Positions 28,780 to 40,101 are shown, counted from the first letter of the stretch. The stretch: DNA of 64,000 nt from an uncultured Gemmatimonadaceae bacterium (GCA_963781585.1 CAWAGQ010000010.1:64001-128000), one strand, 5' to 3'. Program-made: numbers and translations. The notes: generated by a model not told the origin, from the sequence alone.

Positions 28780-29952
28780 TTACCGCGGCTTCACGGCGCC
28801 ACCATCGGTGGCGGACTTCTTCGACGGATCTTCGTAGGGCCGGAGCCACCACTCCAGAAAGACCCACGAGCGGTTCCATGAGTCGATCTGCTCCGGCGTG
28901 TCTTCCCGCTCCAGGGTAACCGGATTCACGCGACGGCTGAACGTGTGTCCGCCGCCGGCGGGCCCCACCGGCGGATCCACGTAGACCTTTGTCTCCGCGA
29001 GGTCCGGCTTCAGCGCGCGGAGCTTCCAGACGAGCTGCTGATCCTCGACGTAGTTCACGTCGGTGTCGTTGGTCGCGACGTGGACGAGGATCGGGATGTG
29101 CAGGTCCTCCACGTGGTAGAGCGGCGAACGCTTGATGTACTCGTCCGGCTTTTCGAACGGGAGCCCGCCGATGCCCGGCTCGGCCGCATAATCCCGCTGG
29201 TATCCCGGTCCCTTCATCGAGAGACGAAAGACCAGATTCGACACCGGAACGATCGCCGCCGCCGCTTTGAACGGCGTGTCCTTGCGCATCGCGAGATGCG
29301 CGGTGATGAAGCCACCATGGCTCCACCCCATGATTCCGATGCGCTCCGGATCCACGTACGACAGCGATTTCAGATAGTCGACGGCGGTGGCCACGTCATC
29401 GAGTTCCTTGCCGCCGTAGTCGATGGCCATGTAGTGCGCCTCGCCGTAGCCGGTGCTGCCCCGATACTCGGGACAGATGATTACGTAGCCCCGTTGCACG
29501 GCTTCCTTCACGAACGGGAACATGCTCGTCCCCCAGTCACCGTGCACGCCGCCGTGCACCCACACCATCGCTGCGTGTCCGTGCGTGCCGCGCCGCTCCA
29601 GAGGCTCGAACAGGTACGCGGGGATCACCATCCCGTCGGCGCTGCTCTTGTAGCTCACCTTCCGATAGCTCATGCCGCCGGCGCTGCGCGCCGCGTAGAT
29701 GCTGTCGGTACGCGTCTTGGCAACGATCTGCCGTTCGAAATCGGCCTTGGGCAGGTCCTCCGGCCGGTTGCTCACATAGAGACGCGCTGCGCGCGCACTG
29801 TCCATGGCCACCGGCGCGCGTCGGAACCGGCGTGCGGTGTCGGGGCGCGTTTGCTGCGCGACCACGGCACCCGGCACCACGACGAGCGTGAATGCGGCGG
29901 CGAACAGGATGCGACGTGAAGACCGGGGAAAACGGGCGGAAAGACCGGGCAT
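28780..29952 (-). CDS. Secreted S9 (prolyl oligopeptidase family) serine peptidase
   Basis: GAGGA RBS, signal peptide, HGGVH, YRGSTGYG, GWSHGG nucleophile, and Asp (TNDTDV) / His (GGHTF). Confidence 0.9.
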   Translation of the reverse strand: MPGLSARFPRSSRRILFAAAFTLVVVPGAVVAQQTRPDTARRFRRAPVAMDSARAARLYVSNRPEDLPKADFERQIVAKTRTDSIYAARSAGGMSYRKVSYKSSADGMVIPAYLFEPLERRGTHGHAAMVWVHGGVHGDWGTSMFPFVKEAVQRGYVIICPEYRGSTGYGEAHYMAIDYGGKELDDVATAVDYLKSLSYVDPERIGIMGWSHGGFITAHLAMRKDTPFKAAAAIVPVSNLVFRLSMKGPGYQRDYAAEPGIGGLPFEKPDEYIKRSPLYHVEDLHIPILVHVATNDTDVNYVEDQQLVWKLRALKPDLAETKVYVDPPVGPAGGGHTFSRRVNPVTLEREDTPEQIDSWNRSWVFLEWWLRPYEDPSKKSATDGGAVKPR

Positions 29953-30159
29953 GGAATCCTCGCGGGGGGGTCGATGGCTCCGACTCTGTATACGGAGGAG
30001 TCCACGGCGAGGTTGAACCAGGCATCGGTCCGACCCTTTCGACCACCCGGCCCACAAAGTGCGACCCCATGGGGCCGCTGATCGGACCAATGGGGTCACA
30101 CGCCGCCGTCCCGGAAGCACCTCCGGGTGCCGGACCGTCCGGCACCCGCACGCCGTGCC

Positions 30160-30516
30160 TCAGCGCGTCGCGACCAGGATGCCGATGCGGTCGCCGGGCG
30201 ATACGCGCACGTCGCCGGTGTTCGCGTCGAAGCCTGATTCCGGATGCACAAAGAAATCGATGTGAGGCCGGTCGAACACCAGCCATCGCGGAACCTCCAC
30301 GACCGCCGAACCGTGAGCCGCCACACGGCCGATCCGGACTTCCTGATTGTCCCGCTGTGCGTACAGCACAACAGACATCGCACGGTTGTTCTGGATCTCG
30401 ACAGTGACCGGGGCCTGCGGCGCAGGGGTTCGCGTACTGCGCGCCGCCGGCGTGGACGCAAACGCGCTCGACGCGGAAGCGGTCACGGCTGCAACGGTCA
30501 GGTACAGTGATCTCAT
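30160..30516 (-). CDS. Small secreted hypothetical beta-rich protein
   Basis: GGAGG RBS, signal peptide MRSLYLTVAAVTASASSAFA, then VTVEIQNN...RIGRV. Confidence 0.7.
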   Translation of the reverse strand: MRSLYLTVAAVTASASSAFASTPAARSTRTPAPQAPVTVEIQNNRAMSVVLYAQRDNQEVRIGRVAAHGSAVVEVPRWLVFDRPHIDFFVHPESGFDANTGDVRVSPGDRIGILVATR

Positions 30517-30699
30517 GAGACCTCCCGGAGCCCGGCTCCGGCTGATGACGGAAGAGTGAGAGCGGACGGCGCCACGCCGGCGGTCGGTGACTTGCTGTGC
30601 GCCGGAGGGGTGAGGCCGCGCGCGCCGTACTACGGTGGGGCGGGGGGATCTCCCGGCACGGTCGCTGCATGGAATCTGACGACCGCATCCTAACGACAG

Positions 30700-30795
30700 C
30701 GTTACGATCGTCTGTCGGGAGACGTGCAGTCGTTCCGCGAGGTGGGCTTGCGACCAGTCGCGCTCGGCCCGCAGCACCGTCATCCGCCTCTTCAT
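30700..30795 (-). pseudogene. Truncated/frameshifted XRE-family HTH regulator
   Basis: MKRRMTVLRAERDWSQAHLAERLHVSRQTI matches the XRE N-terminus; the expected NAV continues in a shifted frame, then similarity is lost. Confidence 0.75.
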
Positions 30796-31000
30796 CCGTA
30801 CCGTCTCCTGGCGAGTGCGAGGCCGGGGAAGCCGAGCGCGGGGAGCATCACCCATACCTGGTCGTAGCTCCAGTCCTCGAACTTGAAGGTGATGGCTCGC
30901 TGCAGCAGGCCGAGCGTCAACGGCACGTGAAGCCCGGGAACTGTTCAGGAACAGGATCGTGAGCAGGAACGCGGAGGCGAGGGCTTCGACCGGCGATTCC
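30792..31000 (-). pseudogene. Frameshifted remnant of a small membrane protein preceding the XRE regulator
   Basis: Pieces EALASAFLLTILF, LTLGLLQRAITFKFEDWSYDQVWVMLP and FPGLALARRRYG-stop are separated by frameshifts; the stop overlaps the HTH ATG (ATGA). Confidence 0.6.
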
Positions 31001-31316
31001 CCGCCGGAGCGGGTTCGAGGCCGCACGTTTCGTCCGTATGGCTGAGCTCACCGTCCCTCCAGTGAGGTGTTCGCGACAAGCCGTAAAGCTACCTCGGCCG
31101 GCCACTTGGCCGGCCGCGTGCAGCGATCCCTCGGTCACTGGCACACAGTCCGTGGGTCCGTCGGCATCGGACTCCGTTCAACGTGCCTCCTGTCCATGCG
31201 CTGGCGACCGCCGTGCTGTGAGCGCCGGCGCGCGGTTGCGCGTATCCCTTGAGCGCATCACACTGAGCACGCGCCGGAGAGCCCGGCGCCGCAATCCACA
31301 AGTCGGAGGAAACGAC

Positions 31317-34271
31317 ATGTCTCTTCGGTCGCGTTCGACGCGCCGATTCGCGTGGCTGCTACTGGTAGCCGCGTGGTCGCTGATCCGGGTTCCCGCGGCG
31401 GTGGCCCAGCAGAAAGTCGACGAGGAGTACACGAAGCAGATCAAGCAATTTCTGCGCGATCCGCGCATCTCGACCGAGCTGGTGGATCATCTGCCGGCGT
31501 CCAGCACGGTGCCGACGCCCCTGGCCCACTTTGGCCACATCATCGGCGCGTGGGGCATTCTCGACAACAGCGAGCAGATGAACGCGTACCTCGAGAAGGT
31601 CGCCAAAGCGGCCCCGGCGCGCGCGAAGTACTGGACGATCGGCAAGTCCGAGGAAGGACGGGACATGTCCGTGCTGGTGATCGCGAACGAGGAGACGATC
31701 CGCAATCTCGATCGGTACAAGGGATACCTGGCCGCGCTCACCGATCCGCGAAAGACCACGCAGGCGCAGGCCGAGCAGATGATCAAGGTCGCGAAACCGA
31801 TCTACTGGATCACCAGCGGCATGCATTCGCCGGAGACCGGCGGTCCGGAGATGCTGATGGAGCTGGCGTATCGCCTGGTGGTGGAAGAGACGCCGCTCAT
31901 CCAGAACATCCGGAACAACGTGATCACGATGATCACGCCGGTGGTGGAGACGGACGGTCGCGACAAGGTGGTGGACGCGTACAATTACGGCAAAGCGCAT
32001 GCTGGCGTGTCGCGGAACAACCTGATGATGTACTGGGGGAAGTACGTGCAGCACGACAACAACCGCGACGGGATGGGGCAGTTCCTCGCACTGACGCGGA
32101 ACATCGAGAAGTTCGGGCTCGAGTGGCACCCGACGATTCTGCACGATCTCCATGAGGCGCAGACCTTGCTGTACGCCTCGACCGGAACGGGCCCGTACAA
32201 TGAGCAGGTCGATGCGATCACGATTGACGAATGGTGGCTGCTCGCCGAGAACGACATCATCGAGATGACGAAGCGCGGCGTACCCGGCGTGTGGACGTAC
32301 GGATTCTACGACGGCTGGGTCCCGAACTACATGTTCTTCGTTGCCCATGCGCACAACGCGATCGGACGGTTCTACGAGGTCCAGGGTTACGGTCCGGATA
32401 CCAGCACCGTTCGGGTCAATCAGAGCCGGGAGTGGTTCCGTCCGAACCCCACGCCGTCCACGGTGCCATGGGGCCCGCGCAACAACACGAACATCCAGGA
32501 GTCCGCGATTCTCTTCGCGCTGAACCGGGTGGGGAAGGACCGCGAGCTGTTCCTCGACAACTACTGGGTCAAGAACAAGCGGGCCGTGGAGAAAGGGAAG
32601 GACGGCCCCACCTATGCGTGGGTCATCCCGGCCACCCAGCGGCGCAAGGCCGATGCCGCCGACGCCGTGAACGAGCTGATCGACCAGGGGGTCGAGTTCC
32701 ACACCGCGTCGTCCGCGTTCAAGGCGGGGAGCGTGGATGTGAAACCTGGCGACTACATCATTCGCGGCGACCAGCCGTATCGCACGGTGGCCGACATGTA
32801 CTTCTCGGTGCAGCGCTACGCCACGGGGAATCCGTCACCGTACGACGACACGGGATGGACCTTCCAGTACCTGCGCGACGTGGTGATCGACCCGGTCGAC
32901 GACAAGGCAGTTCTGCAGCAACCGATGAAGATGGTGTCCGGCCACGTCACGGCTCCGGGAGGCATCGCCGGCGCAGGCAACGTGATCGTGGTGGAGCACA
33001 GCGGTGACAACAACATCGTCACATTCCGCTACAAGCTCGCCAATGTGAAGATGGAGGCCGCCGAAGATGATTTCGATGCCAGCGGCCATCACTTCCGGGC
33101 CGGCGCCATCATCATCCCCAACGCCAACGCGGCGCAGGTGGGCCCGGTCCTCAAGAACCTGGGGCTCTCGGCGTGGGCGATGGCGTCGGCGCCTGCCGTG
33201 AAGACCCACGACCTCGACATCCCGCGCATTCTGTATCTGCACAGCTGGAGCCGGACGCAGGACGAGGGCTGGGTGCGCGCGGCGCTGGAGACCTACGGCA
33301 TTCCGTTCACGTACACGGGTGACAAGGAACTGGCGAACATGCCGGATCTGCGCTCGAAATACGACGTCGTCATCTACCCCCACACGGGTGGGAGCGCGCA
33401 GTCGGTGGTAGCCGGGGTGCCCATGGCGGGAAGCGCGCCGGTCCCGTATCGCAAGACGGCGGAGACACCGAGCTTCGGGACGCCCGATTCCACCGACGAT
33501 ATCCGCGGCGGCATGGGGATCGACGGCCTGATGAACCTCTACCGGTTCGTCGAAGCCGGCGGCACGCTCATCACCGAAGGGTCGACGTCCACGCTCTTCC
33601 CGGAATACAATCTCACGCCGGGTGTCTCGGTCGAAAGCCCGGACGGCCTTTTTGCGCGCGGCACGATCCTGCGCGGTATGGTGAGTGACGCGAAGAGCCC
33701 CCTCGCCTACGGCCTCGCCGACGCGCAGATCCCGGTCTACTTCAGCCAGGGCCCGGTGTTGAATGCAGGTGGCGGTGGAGGTGCGTTTGCCTTCGGCCGC
33801 GGAGGACGTGGAGGCAATGATTACAGTCAGAACACGCAGCCGATGGCCAACCCACCAGCGGTTTCGACGTTTCCCTCGTTAGGTGGTGCCGGAGAACCGG
33901 AGGCGGAGACCGGTGGCGGCCGCGGCGGCAGGGGAGGAGGGCGTGGATTCGGTGGTGGTGGCCGCGGATTCGGCGGGTTCGGCGGCGGCGGTGCCACCGA
34001 GGCCCCGCGCGTGGTGCTGCGCTTCCCGACCGACACCACCCAGATGCTGCTCTCCGGCGTGCTGGCGGGCGGCAGCGCGCTCTCGGGACGCGCCCAGCTG
34101 GTGGATGCGCCGGTGGGGAAGGGGCATGTGGTCAGCTTTGCCATTCGCCCCTACTGGCGTTGGCAGACGCAGGGAACCTACATCTTCGGCTTCAACGCCA
34201 TCCTGAACTGGAACGACCTCGACGCCGGGCGGCCGGCGCCGCGCCAGCCGGCCAGCGAAGGGCGGCGGTAG
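31317..34271 (+). CDS. Secreted M14-family zinc carboxypeptidase
   Basis: GGAGG RBS, signal peptide, HSPE (HxxE), DNNRD and HDLHE; C-terminal GATase-like region with a Gly-rich insert. Confidence 0.9.
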   Translation: MSLRSRSTRRFAWLLLVAAWSLIRVPAAVAQQKVDEEYTKQIKQFLRDPRISTELVDHLPASSTVPTPLAHFGHIIGAWGILDNSEQMNAYLEKVAKAAPARAKYWTIGKSEEGRDMSVLVIANEETIRNLDRYKGYLAALTDPRKTTQAQAEQMIKVAKPIYWITSGMHSPETGGPEMLMELAYRLVVEETPLIQNIRNNVITMITPVVETDGRDKVVDAYNYGKAHAGVSRNNLMMYWGKYVQHDNNRDGMGQFLALTRNIEKFGLEWHPTILHDLHEAQTLLYASTGTGPYNEQVDAITIDEWWLLAENDIIEMTKRGVPGVWTYGFYDGWVPNYMFFVAHAHNAIGRFYEVQGYGPDTSTVRVNQSREWFRPNPTPSTVPWGPRNNTNIQESAILFALNRVGKDRELFLDNYWVKNKRAVEKGKDGPTYAWVIPATQRRKADAADAVNELIDQGVEFHTASSAFKAGSVDVKPGDYIIRGDQPYRTVADMYFSVQRYATGNPSPYDDTGWTFQYLRDVVIDPVDDKAVLQQPMKMVSGHVTAPGGIAGAGNVIVVEHSGDNNIVTFRYKLANVKMEAAEDDFDASGHHFRAGAIIIPNANAAQVGPVLKNLGLSAWAMASAPAVKTHDLDIPRILYLHSWSRTQDEGWVRAALETYGIPFTYTGDKELANMPDLRSKYDVVIYPHTGGSAQSVVAGVPMAGSAPVPYRKTAETPSFGTPDSTDDIRGGMGIDGLMNLYRFVEAGGTLITEGSTSTLFPEYNLTPGVSVESPDGLFARGTILRGMVSDAKSPLAYGLADAQIPVYFSQGPVLNAGGGGGAFAFGRGGRGGNDYSQNTQPMANPPAVSTFPSLGGAGEPEAETGGGRGGRGGGRGFGGGGRGFGGFGGGGATEAPRVVLRFPTDTTQMLLSGVLAGGSALSGRAQLVDAPVGKGHVVSFAIRPYWRWQTQGTYIFGFNAILNWNDLDAGRPAPRQPASEGRR

Positions 34272-34294
34272 CAGTATCCGAGCGCGGAAGGACT

Positions 34295-34324
34295 CGAGCG
34301 GGCTCCGATTCCGGAGCCCGCTCG
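34295..34324. terminator. Hairpin between convergent genes
   Basis: cgagcgggctccg-attc-cggagcccgctcg, a perfect 13-bp stem. Confidence 0.65.
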
Positions 34325-37324
34325 TTAGGTGTTGCGGCCGTTGTGGGAGGTCGGCGCGTCGAGCGCTTCGCGTACCTTCTGCGCCAGCCCGGCAATCGTA
34401 AACGGCTTCTGCAGCAGCATGATGTCGTGCTCCAGCAGGCGGTGTTGGAGAATCACGTCATCGGTGTACCCTGACACGAACAGCACGCGCAGCTCGGGTC
34501 GCAGGTGCCGGACCCGCTCCGCGAGTTCGCGTCCTCCCATTCGTGGGAGCACCACGTCCGTCAGCAGCAGATGGATGGGGTCCCGGTGCTCCTGAAGCAA
34601 CCGGAGGGCGCTCTCACCGTCCGCGGCCTGAAGCACCGTGTGCCCGCGACTCGTGAGAGCACGCGACGCGATGGCGCGCAGAGGGGCCTCGTCTTCCACC
34701 AGGAGTATGGTCTCGGTGCCGTGCGCGTCGACCTGGGCGGCGCCGAAGGGCGCGCGTTCGCTCGTCTTCTCCATACGCGGCAAGTAGACCTTGATGGTGG
34801 TGCCGACGTCCACCTCGCTGTATACGCCGATATGACCGCCGAACTGCCTGACGATGGCGTAGCAGGTCGCGAGCCCAAGGCCCGTCCCCTTGCCGTGCTC
34901 CTTGGTGGTGAAGAATGGCTCGAACAAGTGTGACTGCACGTCGGCCGTCATGCCGCTGCCGGTGTCGCTCACCGAAAACATCAGGTATTCGCCCGGCGCG
35001 CAGTCGGCGTGGAGCCGCGTGTACTCCGCGTCGAGGGCGACGGCCGCCGTTTCGATTACCAGCAGTCCGCCGGTCGGCATGGCGTCGCGGGCATTCACCA
35101 CCAGGTTGACCACGACCTGCTCGATCTGCCCGCGATCCGCGCGGATTGCGCCGAGGGCATCGGCGAGCCGGGTCCGAAGCTCCACATCCTCGCCGATCAG
35201 ACGTCGCAACATCGTCGTCAGCCCTGCCACCACGTCGCTGAGGTCGAGATCTGCCGGGGCAACGAGCTGTCGGCGTGAGAACGACAGAAGCTGACGGGTC
35301 AGCAGCGTCGCGCGTTCCGCCGCCTTCTTGATCTCTTCCATGGATGTCCGCCAATCGTACTGCCCAGCCGGTCCGCTCATCGACATGTCGCACTCGGCGA
35401 GAATGACCGTGAGCAGGTTGTTGAAATCGTGGGCAACACCTCCGGCCAGGCGGCCAACGGCCTCGAGTTTCTGCGCCTGGCGGAACTGATCCTCGAGCTG
35501 ATGCTGCTCGGTGACGTCGAGCAGCGCGCCCACCACCTGCGCCGGCCTGCCCTGCGGGTCGGCCAGAACGCGTTGCTCATCACGAATCCAGTGCCAGGAC
35601 GCATCCTTGTGGCGGAACCGATATGCCTGAGTGGCGTCGCGCGCGAAGCGAGAAGGATCGTCGAGGAGCCGAGTCCGGTCTTCCGCGTGCAGATGCTCGG
35701 TCCACCATCCCGGCGCGAGCGCCTCGTCTGTCGAGTAGCCGAGGATCCGCGTAACGTTCTCGCTGATCCACTCGAGGCGGGCTTCTCCCGACTGCATGCG
35801 CATCTGATAGATCACGGCGCTGCTGGCGGCAATGACCTTCTGCAGGCGCTCCCGCGCGGCGCGCAGTTCGCGTTCCGCGCGTCGGCTCTCCGTCACGTCG
35901 GTGGCGAGGACCAGCCGCGCCCGGCGACCGTCGAACGTCAGTTCATGCGACGTGACCTCCACTTCGATGAGCGCGCCGTCCTTCTTCCGGTGCCGCCACA
36001 CTCCCGCATTCTCGAACTCGGGCGGCAACTGCGAGATGACGCGAAGCAGGGCCGCCACGTCCTCTTCCGGCCGGATGTCGCGGATAGACATCCCGAGCAG
36101 TTCGCCGCGGGAATATCCGTAGTGCTGGACCATCGCCTTGTTCACGTCCAGGAACGCGAGCGTGGCAACGTCAAAGACATACATCGGATTCGGGTTGTGC
36201 TCGAACAGATCCCGGTACCGCGCTTCCGAGGCCGCCAGCGCCACCACCTGATCCTGGAGCTGGCGCCGCGAGTCCGATACGCTAGTGGCCATGCCATTGA
36301 ACGCGGCGCCCAGGGCGCCCACCTCATCACGCCTGACGATGCGTACCCGGCGAGAGTAGTCCCCGGCGCTGACCGCCGCCGCAGCCTCGGCAACCTCCAG
36401 AAGCGGCCGCGCGAAGCGGCCACTGACTGTCCACGCGATGGCCGCCGCCGCGGCCAGCAAAGCCAGTCCCACGATGACCTGCCACAGAAGAATCTCGTGT
36501 GCTCGCTGCAGGACGAGCGCGCTCGGCAGCTCCGCAACCACCGACCATGGCGTGTTCGCGACCGGCGCCACCGATGCAAGCCATACGCTCCCATCGGGTC
36601 GCGCGATACGGAACACGCTGTCCGGTGTGGCGACAGTGAGCGGGGGCGCGTGAACCACACTCGCGAGGTCGGTCCAGACGTCGCCGGCGGAGTTGCCCAG
36701 CAGCAGGCGTGCCTCCGACCCCGCGAGTTCGTTCAGTTGGTCCTTCACCTGCGGGCTGAGTCCGAGGCGTCGGACTTCGATCACCCACCCGACAGGGCGC
36801 CCGGCAGGCCGCACGCGCGCCAGGACGGCGTAGAAGACGCCCGTGTCCACGGCGAACAGCGGACCCACCACCGCCGCATCATCAGCATCGCCGCGCGCGG
36901 CAATGAGTGCGCGCGCCACGCTGTCCCGCACCGCGCCTCCAGTCGACGTGGCGAGGACAACTTTACCTCCGGGGTCGCGCAACTCGATCGCGATGAGGTT
37001 CGGGCTTCGCCGCGCCACTGCCCGGAGCGTATCGAGCAGACGTCCCGATCCCGTGGTGTGGGCGGAGCCGAGTCGCGCCGCGACCGACGGGAGCGACACG
37101 ATCGCCCTGGCGTGCGCCAGGAGAGTCGCCCCGGAATTGCCCAGAACGTCGCTCATGCGCCGGGTGGCACTCTGCACGCTCTGCACCGCGCGCAACTGTT
37201 CGGCGCGCCGTTCCTCACGATACCCGGCACCGCCATAAATAACGACCACACCGAGCACGATACCGCAGATCAGCAGAGGGAGCCGGTATCGAATCGAGAG
37301 AGCGCGACTAGCTCCCATGTCCAT
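34325..37324 (-). CDS. Hybrid sensor histidine kinase (periplasmic sensor-HAMP-2xPAS-HisKA-HATPase-REC)
   Basis: [28 protein letters not shown] and GTGLGL; receiver LLVEDE...TDVVLP...KPF. Confidence 0.93.
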   Translation of the reverse strand: MDMGASRALSIRYRLPLLICGIVLGVVVIYGGAGYREERRAEQLRAVQSVQSATRRMSDVLGNSGATLLAHARAIVSLPSVAARLGSAHTTGSGRLLDTLRAVARRSPNLIAIELRDPGGKVVLATSTGGAVRDSVARALIAARGDADDAAVVGPLFAVDTGVFYAVLARVRPAGRPVGWVIEVRRLGLSPQVKDQLNELAGSEARLLLGNSAGDVWTDLASVVHAPPLTVATPDSVFRIARPDGSVWLASVAPVANTPWSVVAELPSALVLQRAHEILLWQVIVGLALLAAAAAIAWTVSGRFARPLLEVAEAAAAVSAGDYSRRVRIVRRDEVGALGAAFNGMATSVSDSRRQLQDQVVALAASEARYRDLFEHNPNPMYVFDVATLAFLDVNKAMVQHYGYSRGELLGMSIRDIRPEEDVAALLRVISQLPPEFENAGVWRHRKKDGALIEVEVTSHELTFDGRRARLVLATDVTESRRAERELRAARERLQKVIAASSAVIYQMRMQSGEARLEWISENVTRILGYSTDEALAPGWWTEHLHAEDRTRLLDDPSRFARDATQAYRFRHKDASWHWIRDEQRVLADPQGRPAQVVGALLDVTEQHQLEDQFRQAQKLEAVGRLAGGVAHDFNNLLTVILAECDMSMSGPAGQYDWRTSMEEIKKAAERATLLTRQLLSFSRRQLVAPADLDLSDVVAGLTTMLRRLIGEDVELRTRLADALGAIRADRGQIEQVVVNLVVNARDAMPTGGLLVIETAAVALDAEYTRLHADCAPGEYLMFSVSDTGSGMTADVQSHLFEPFFTTKEHGKGTGLGLATCYAIVRQFGGHIGVYSEVDVGTTIKVYLPRMEKTSERAPFGAAQVDAHGTETILLVEDEAPLRAIASRALTSRGHTVLQAADGESALRLLQEHRDPIHLLLTDVVLPRMGGRELAERVRHLRPELRVLFVSGYTDDVILQHRLLEHDIMLLQKPFTIAGLAQKVREALDAPTSHNGRNT

Positions 37325-37635
37325 CGCTCCGTCCAGCGTCTGGCCGCCGAATGTGAATGGCTGAGCCGGTCTGCGAGCCGCCGGCCGATATCAGCATGGG
37401 TGTGCGAGCGAAAAACTGCAACATGAACGCAGGATTATCCGGACCCGCAAGAATAGTTAGAATCCCTCAATGTGTGCCAGGTCTCACTTGGAGCGTGCCC
37501 TTCGCAGCGGACGCGCGCGCGCGGGCATCCGTCACGCCTGACCCAATTTGTGGACGACGAACAGGAAGCGCGTGGCTTGTCCGGCGCGGGGCCGACTGTC
37601 GCCGAGATCCCGGCCTTGATGCGTGCCCCTGAGAA

Positions 37636-37662
37636 GAACGCCGGCCCAACGGGCCGGCGTTC
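37636..37662 (-). terminator. Probable intrinsic terminator of the DsrE-like gene
   Basis: gaacgccggccc-aac-gggccggcgttc 12-bp stem, followed on the minus strand by ttctc. Confidence 0.55.
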
Positions 37663-37691
37663 GGTCGAGCGGGTGACGAGTGAGGACGGGA

Positions 37692-38369
37692 TCAGCTGGC
37701 GCGCAAATAGATGCACCCCGCCTCCTGAGCGCGAATGGCGGCAAAGACGCCGGAAGGCTGGAGGACGACACCAGGTACCAGGTATGCCAGCGCGCGCTTC
37801 CGGGCTTCATCGTCGCTCACTCCGTCCTTCGACTTCACCGTCTGCACGCAGTCGTCGAAGGCGATGTTGCACGCCAGTGCCACGCCCCCCCGGGCGATGA
37901 ACTTGTCCAGCTGCACCGGATCGTAGTCAGCCGGTATTTCGCCGCGCGCCGATGACAGGAGCACCGGGTTGCGATCGGTCGGTTCCTGTGTGACCGGGTG
38001 CAGGACGTGCTTGGCCTTGCCGATGTCATACTTGTCCCAGTAGGACTGCTGCATGGCGAGGGCGATTCCCTCGTGGCGCATCACAACGACGGCCGAGAGG
38101 TCGCGCGCCGGGATCCCGAGAACCTGGTTGTACTGACTGGTCCACAGCGTCGCCCGCCACACACCGTACCCGCTCTCGATGCCCGGGACGTCGAACACCG
38201 CCTTGTGCGCCCCGGTCAGGCGGTCCACCCATGAGAGATCCCATTTCTCCTGGGAATGCGGCGATGCCGCGAGCGTTCGCGTGACGGCGTCGATGGACAG
38301 CGGGGCGGCGCTCAACAGCGCCGCTCCGGCGCCGATGCGCTCGATGAACTCACGTCGCGTGGTCTCCAC
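37692..38369 (-). CDS. Tat-exported DsrE-like protein
   Basis: GGAGG RBS and GTG; twin-arginine TRREFI; HKAVFD, VVVMRH, LACNIA and PSGVFAAIRAQEAGCIY. Confidence 0.75.
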   Translation of the reverse strand: METTRREFIERIGAGAALLSAAPLSIDAVTRTLAASPHSQEKWDLSWVDRLTGAHKAVFDVPGIESGYGVWRATLWTSQYNQVLGIPARDLSAVVVMRHEGIALAMQQSYWDKYDIGKAKHVLHPVTQEPTDRNPVLLSSARGEIPADYDPVQLDKFIARGGVALACNIAFDDCVQTVKSKDGVSDDEARKRALAYLVPGVVLQPSGVFAAIRAQEAGCIYLRAS

Positions 38370-38618
38370 GGCAGCCTCCTGAAAGGGGGTGTTTCCGCAA
38401 GCGGCAGTAGTATCGTTAGGCAGTCGGACCGGCATGGACCGAAACGCCGATGGTATTGTCTGCAACGCGATGCCCCGCTCGCCCGGCACGCGGGGAGGCG
38501 CGCCCTCGCCAGCCGCCTCCGATCCCGGCCGGGTGACCGCGGGACGGTACACGCCAACCGGTCAAATCTCGCCACGGAGAAACGGCTCCGTCCAGCCGGT
38601 GGTCCCGGCACAACTTCT

Positions 38619-38636
38619 TGGACAGCTCCTTGTCCA
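38619..38636. promoter_or_regulatory. Palindrome TGGACA-N6-TGTCCA, candidate operator
   Basis: Perfect 6-bp inverted repeat in the divergent intergenic region between the DsrE-like and soxC-like genes. Confidence 0.35.
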
Positions 38637-38736
38637 TTGCCAGCGCGCGGTCACAGCAGGAGGGAGAATACGCCGGTCCAAGGTCGTGCCGGCGCTCATT
38701 ACGCGGCCGCGCAGGTCAGACCGGGAGACGGCACCA

Positions 38737-38765
38737 TTGACACGTGGTGAAGCCGCAAACACTCT
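38737..38765 (+). promoter_or_regulatory. Candidate sigma70 promoter for the soxC-like gene
   Basis: TTGACA-N17-CACTCT about 50 bp upstream of the ATG; the -10 is weak. Confidence 0.35.
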
Positions 38766-38814
38766 GGTCGCTTCCATTCCGGGGTGATCAGGCAGCCAGC
38801 CAGGAGCATACGCC

Positions 38815-40101
38815 ATGCGCTATAGCAAGCCGACGGTGACGCGTCGAGGCCTCCTCGCCGGCGCGGCAGGCGCTCTGGGAAGCGCGGTTCTCGCAGGCCT
38901 TCCGGCGGCGGCACGGTCGTCAGGGGAGGGAGTCGCGGGAAACGGGCAGGTCGCCGCGGGCGCCGACCACGGCCCCGGCGTGGCGGATCCAACCTCTGCG
39001 CCCGGCGTGCCCACCAGCGCAATCGGGTCGCGCTCGCCGTTCGCCGAACCGACTCCTCGAGCGCCGATTGGTCAGATCGTCGGCAGCTCCTTCACGCCGC
39101 TCCAAAGTCTGAGCGGCACCATCACACCCTCCGATCTCCATTTCGAACGGCATCACGCCGGGGTACCACGGATCGATCCGCAACACCATCGTCTGCTCAT
39201 CCACGGACTGGTGCAGCGGCCGTTGATGCTGACCGTGGATGAGGTGAAGCGCTTCCCCTCGGTCACGCGCCTTCATTTCGTGGAGTGTTCGGGAAACGGG
39301 CGCAGCGCGTGGGTGGCTCCGAAACCGGAGATGTCGCCGCAGCAGGTGGACGGACTCACCAGCAACTCCGAATGGACGGGTGTGCCACTCGCGGTCCTCC
39401 TCGAGGAAGCCGGGGCGGCGCCGGACGCCACGTGGTTTCTCGCCGAGGGCGGCGACGCGTGCAAGCTCGCCCGGAGCATCCCGATCGAGAAGGCGCGCGA
39501 CGACGCGTTGGTGGTCTGGGGCCAGAACGGCGAGCCGCTTCGGCCGGAGCAGGGCTTCCCGTTGCGCCTCCTGCTGCCCGGCTACGAGGGAAACACCAAC
39601 GTCAAATGGCTGCGCCGGATCGAACTTGGAAGGCAACCGTGGATGACCCGGTGGGAGACGTCGACGTACACCGATCCGCTGCCTGACGGGACCGCCCGGC
39701 AGTTCAGTTTCGCGATGGACGCGAAGTCGGTCATCACATCGCCAGCGTACCCCGGCAGGCTGCCGGCGCCGGGATGGTATCCGGTCTCCGGGGTGGCGTG
39801 GTCGGGCCGCGGGCGCATCACGCGTGTGGAAGTTAGCACCGACGCCGGCCGTACCTGGTCGGATGCCGTGCTGGACGGTCCAGCGCCGGCGCGCGCGCAC
39901 ACGCGCTTCTCGCTCATGTGGGAATGGCGTGCGGAAGAAACGACTTTGCTGAGCCGGGCTACCGACGATACCGGCTACGTGCAGCCCACCCGGCAGGCGC
40001 TGCTGGCAGTGCGGGGCATCGGCACGAGCTACCATTTCAACTGCATCCGCGGGTGGCGGGTGCAGCGCGACGGCCGCGTGTTCTTTCACGGGGAGACCTG
40101 A
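38815..40101 (+). CDS. soxC: Sulfite oxidase-family molybdoenzyme (SoxC-like sulfite/sulfane dehydrogenase subunit)
   Basis: Tat TRRGLL; GTITPSDLHFERHHAG, Mo-ligand Cys in VECSGN, QNGEPLRPEQGFPLRL and VKWLRRI. Confidence 0.85.
   Translation: MRYSKPTVTRRGLLAGAAGALGSAVLAGLPAAARSSGEGVAGNGQVAAGADHGPGVADPTSAPGVPTSAIGSRSPFAEPTPRAPIGQIVGSSFTPLQSLSGTITPSDLHFERHHAGVPRIDPQHHRLLIHGLVQRPLMLTVDEVKRFPSVTRLHFVECSGNGRSAWVAPKPEMSPQQVDGLTSNSEWTGVPLAVLLEEAGAAPDATWFLAEGGDACKLARSIPIEKARDDALVVWGQNGEPLRPEQGFPLRLLLPGYEGNTNVKWLRRIELGRQPWMTRWETSTYTDPLPDGTARQFSFAMDAKSVITSPAYPGRLPAPGWYPVSGVAWSGRGRITRVEVSTDAGRTWSDAVLDGPAPARAHTRFSLMWEWRAEETTLLSRATDDTGYVQPTRQALLAVRGIGTSYHFNCIRGWRVQRDGRVFFHGET

Noticed and set aside
30160..31026. 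288-aa ORF as a real HTH-secreted protein fusion
   Set aside because: It strings together pseudogene fragments and non-coding sequence; the 3' gene has its own GGAGG RBS and signal peptide at 30516.
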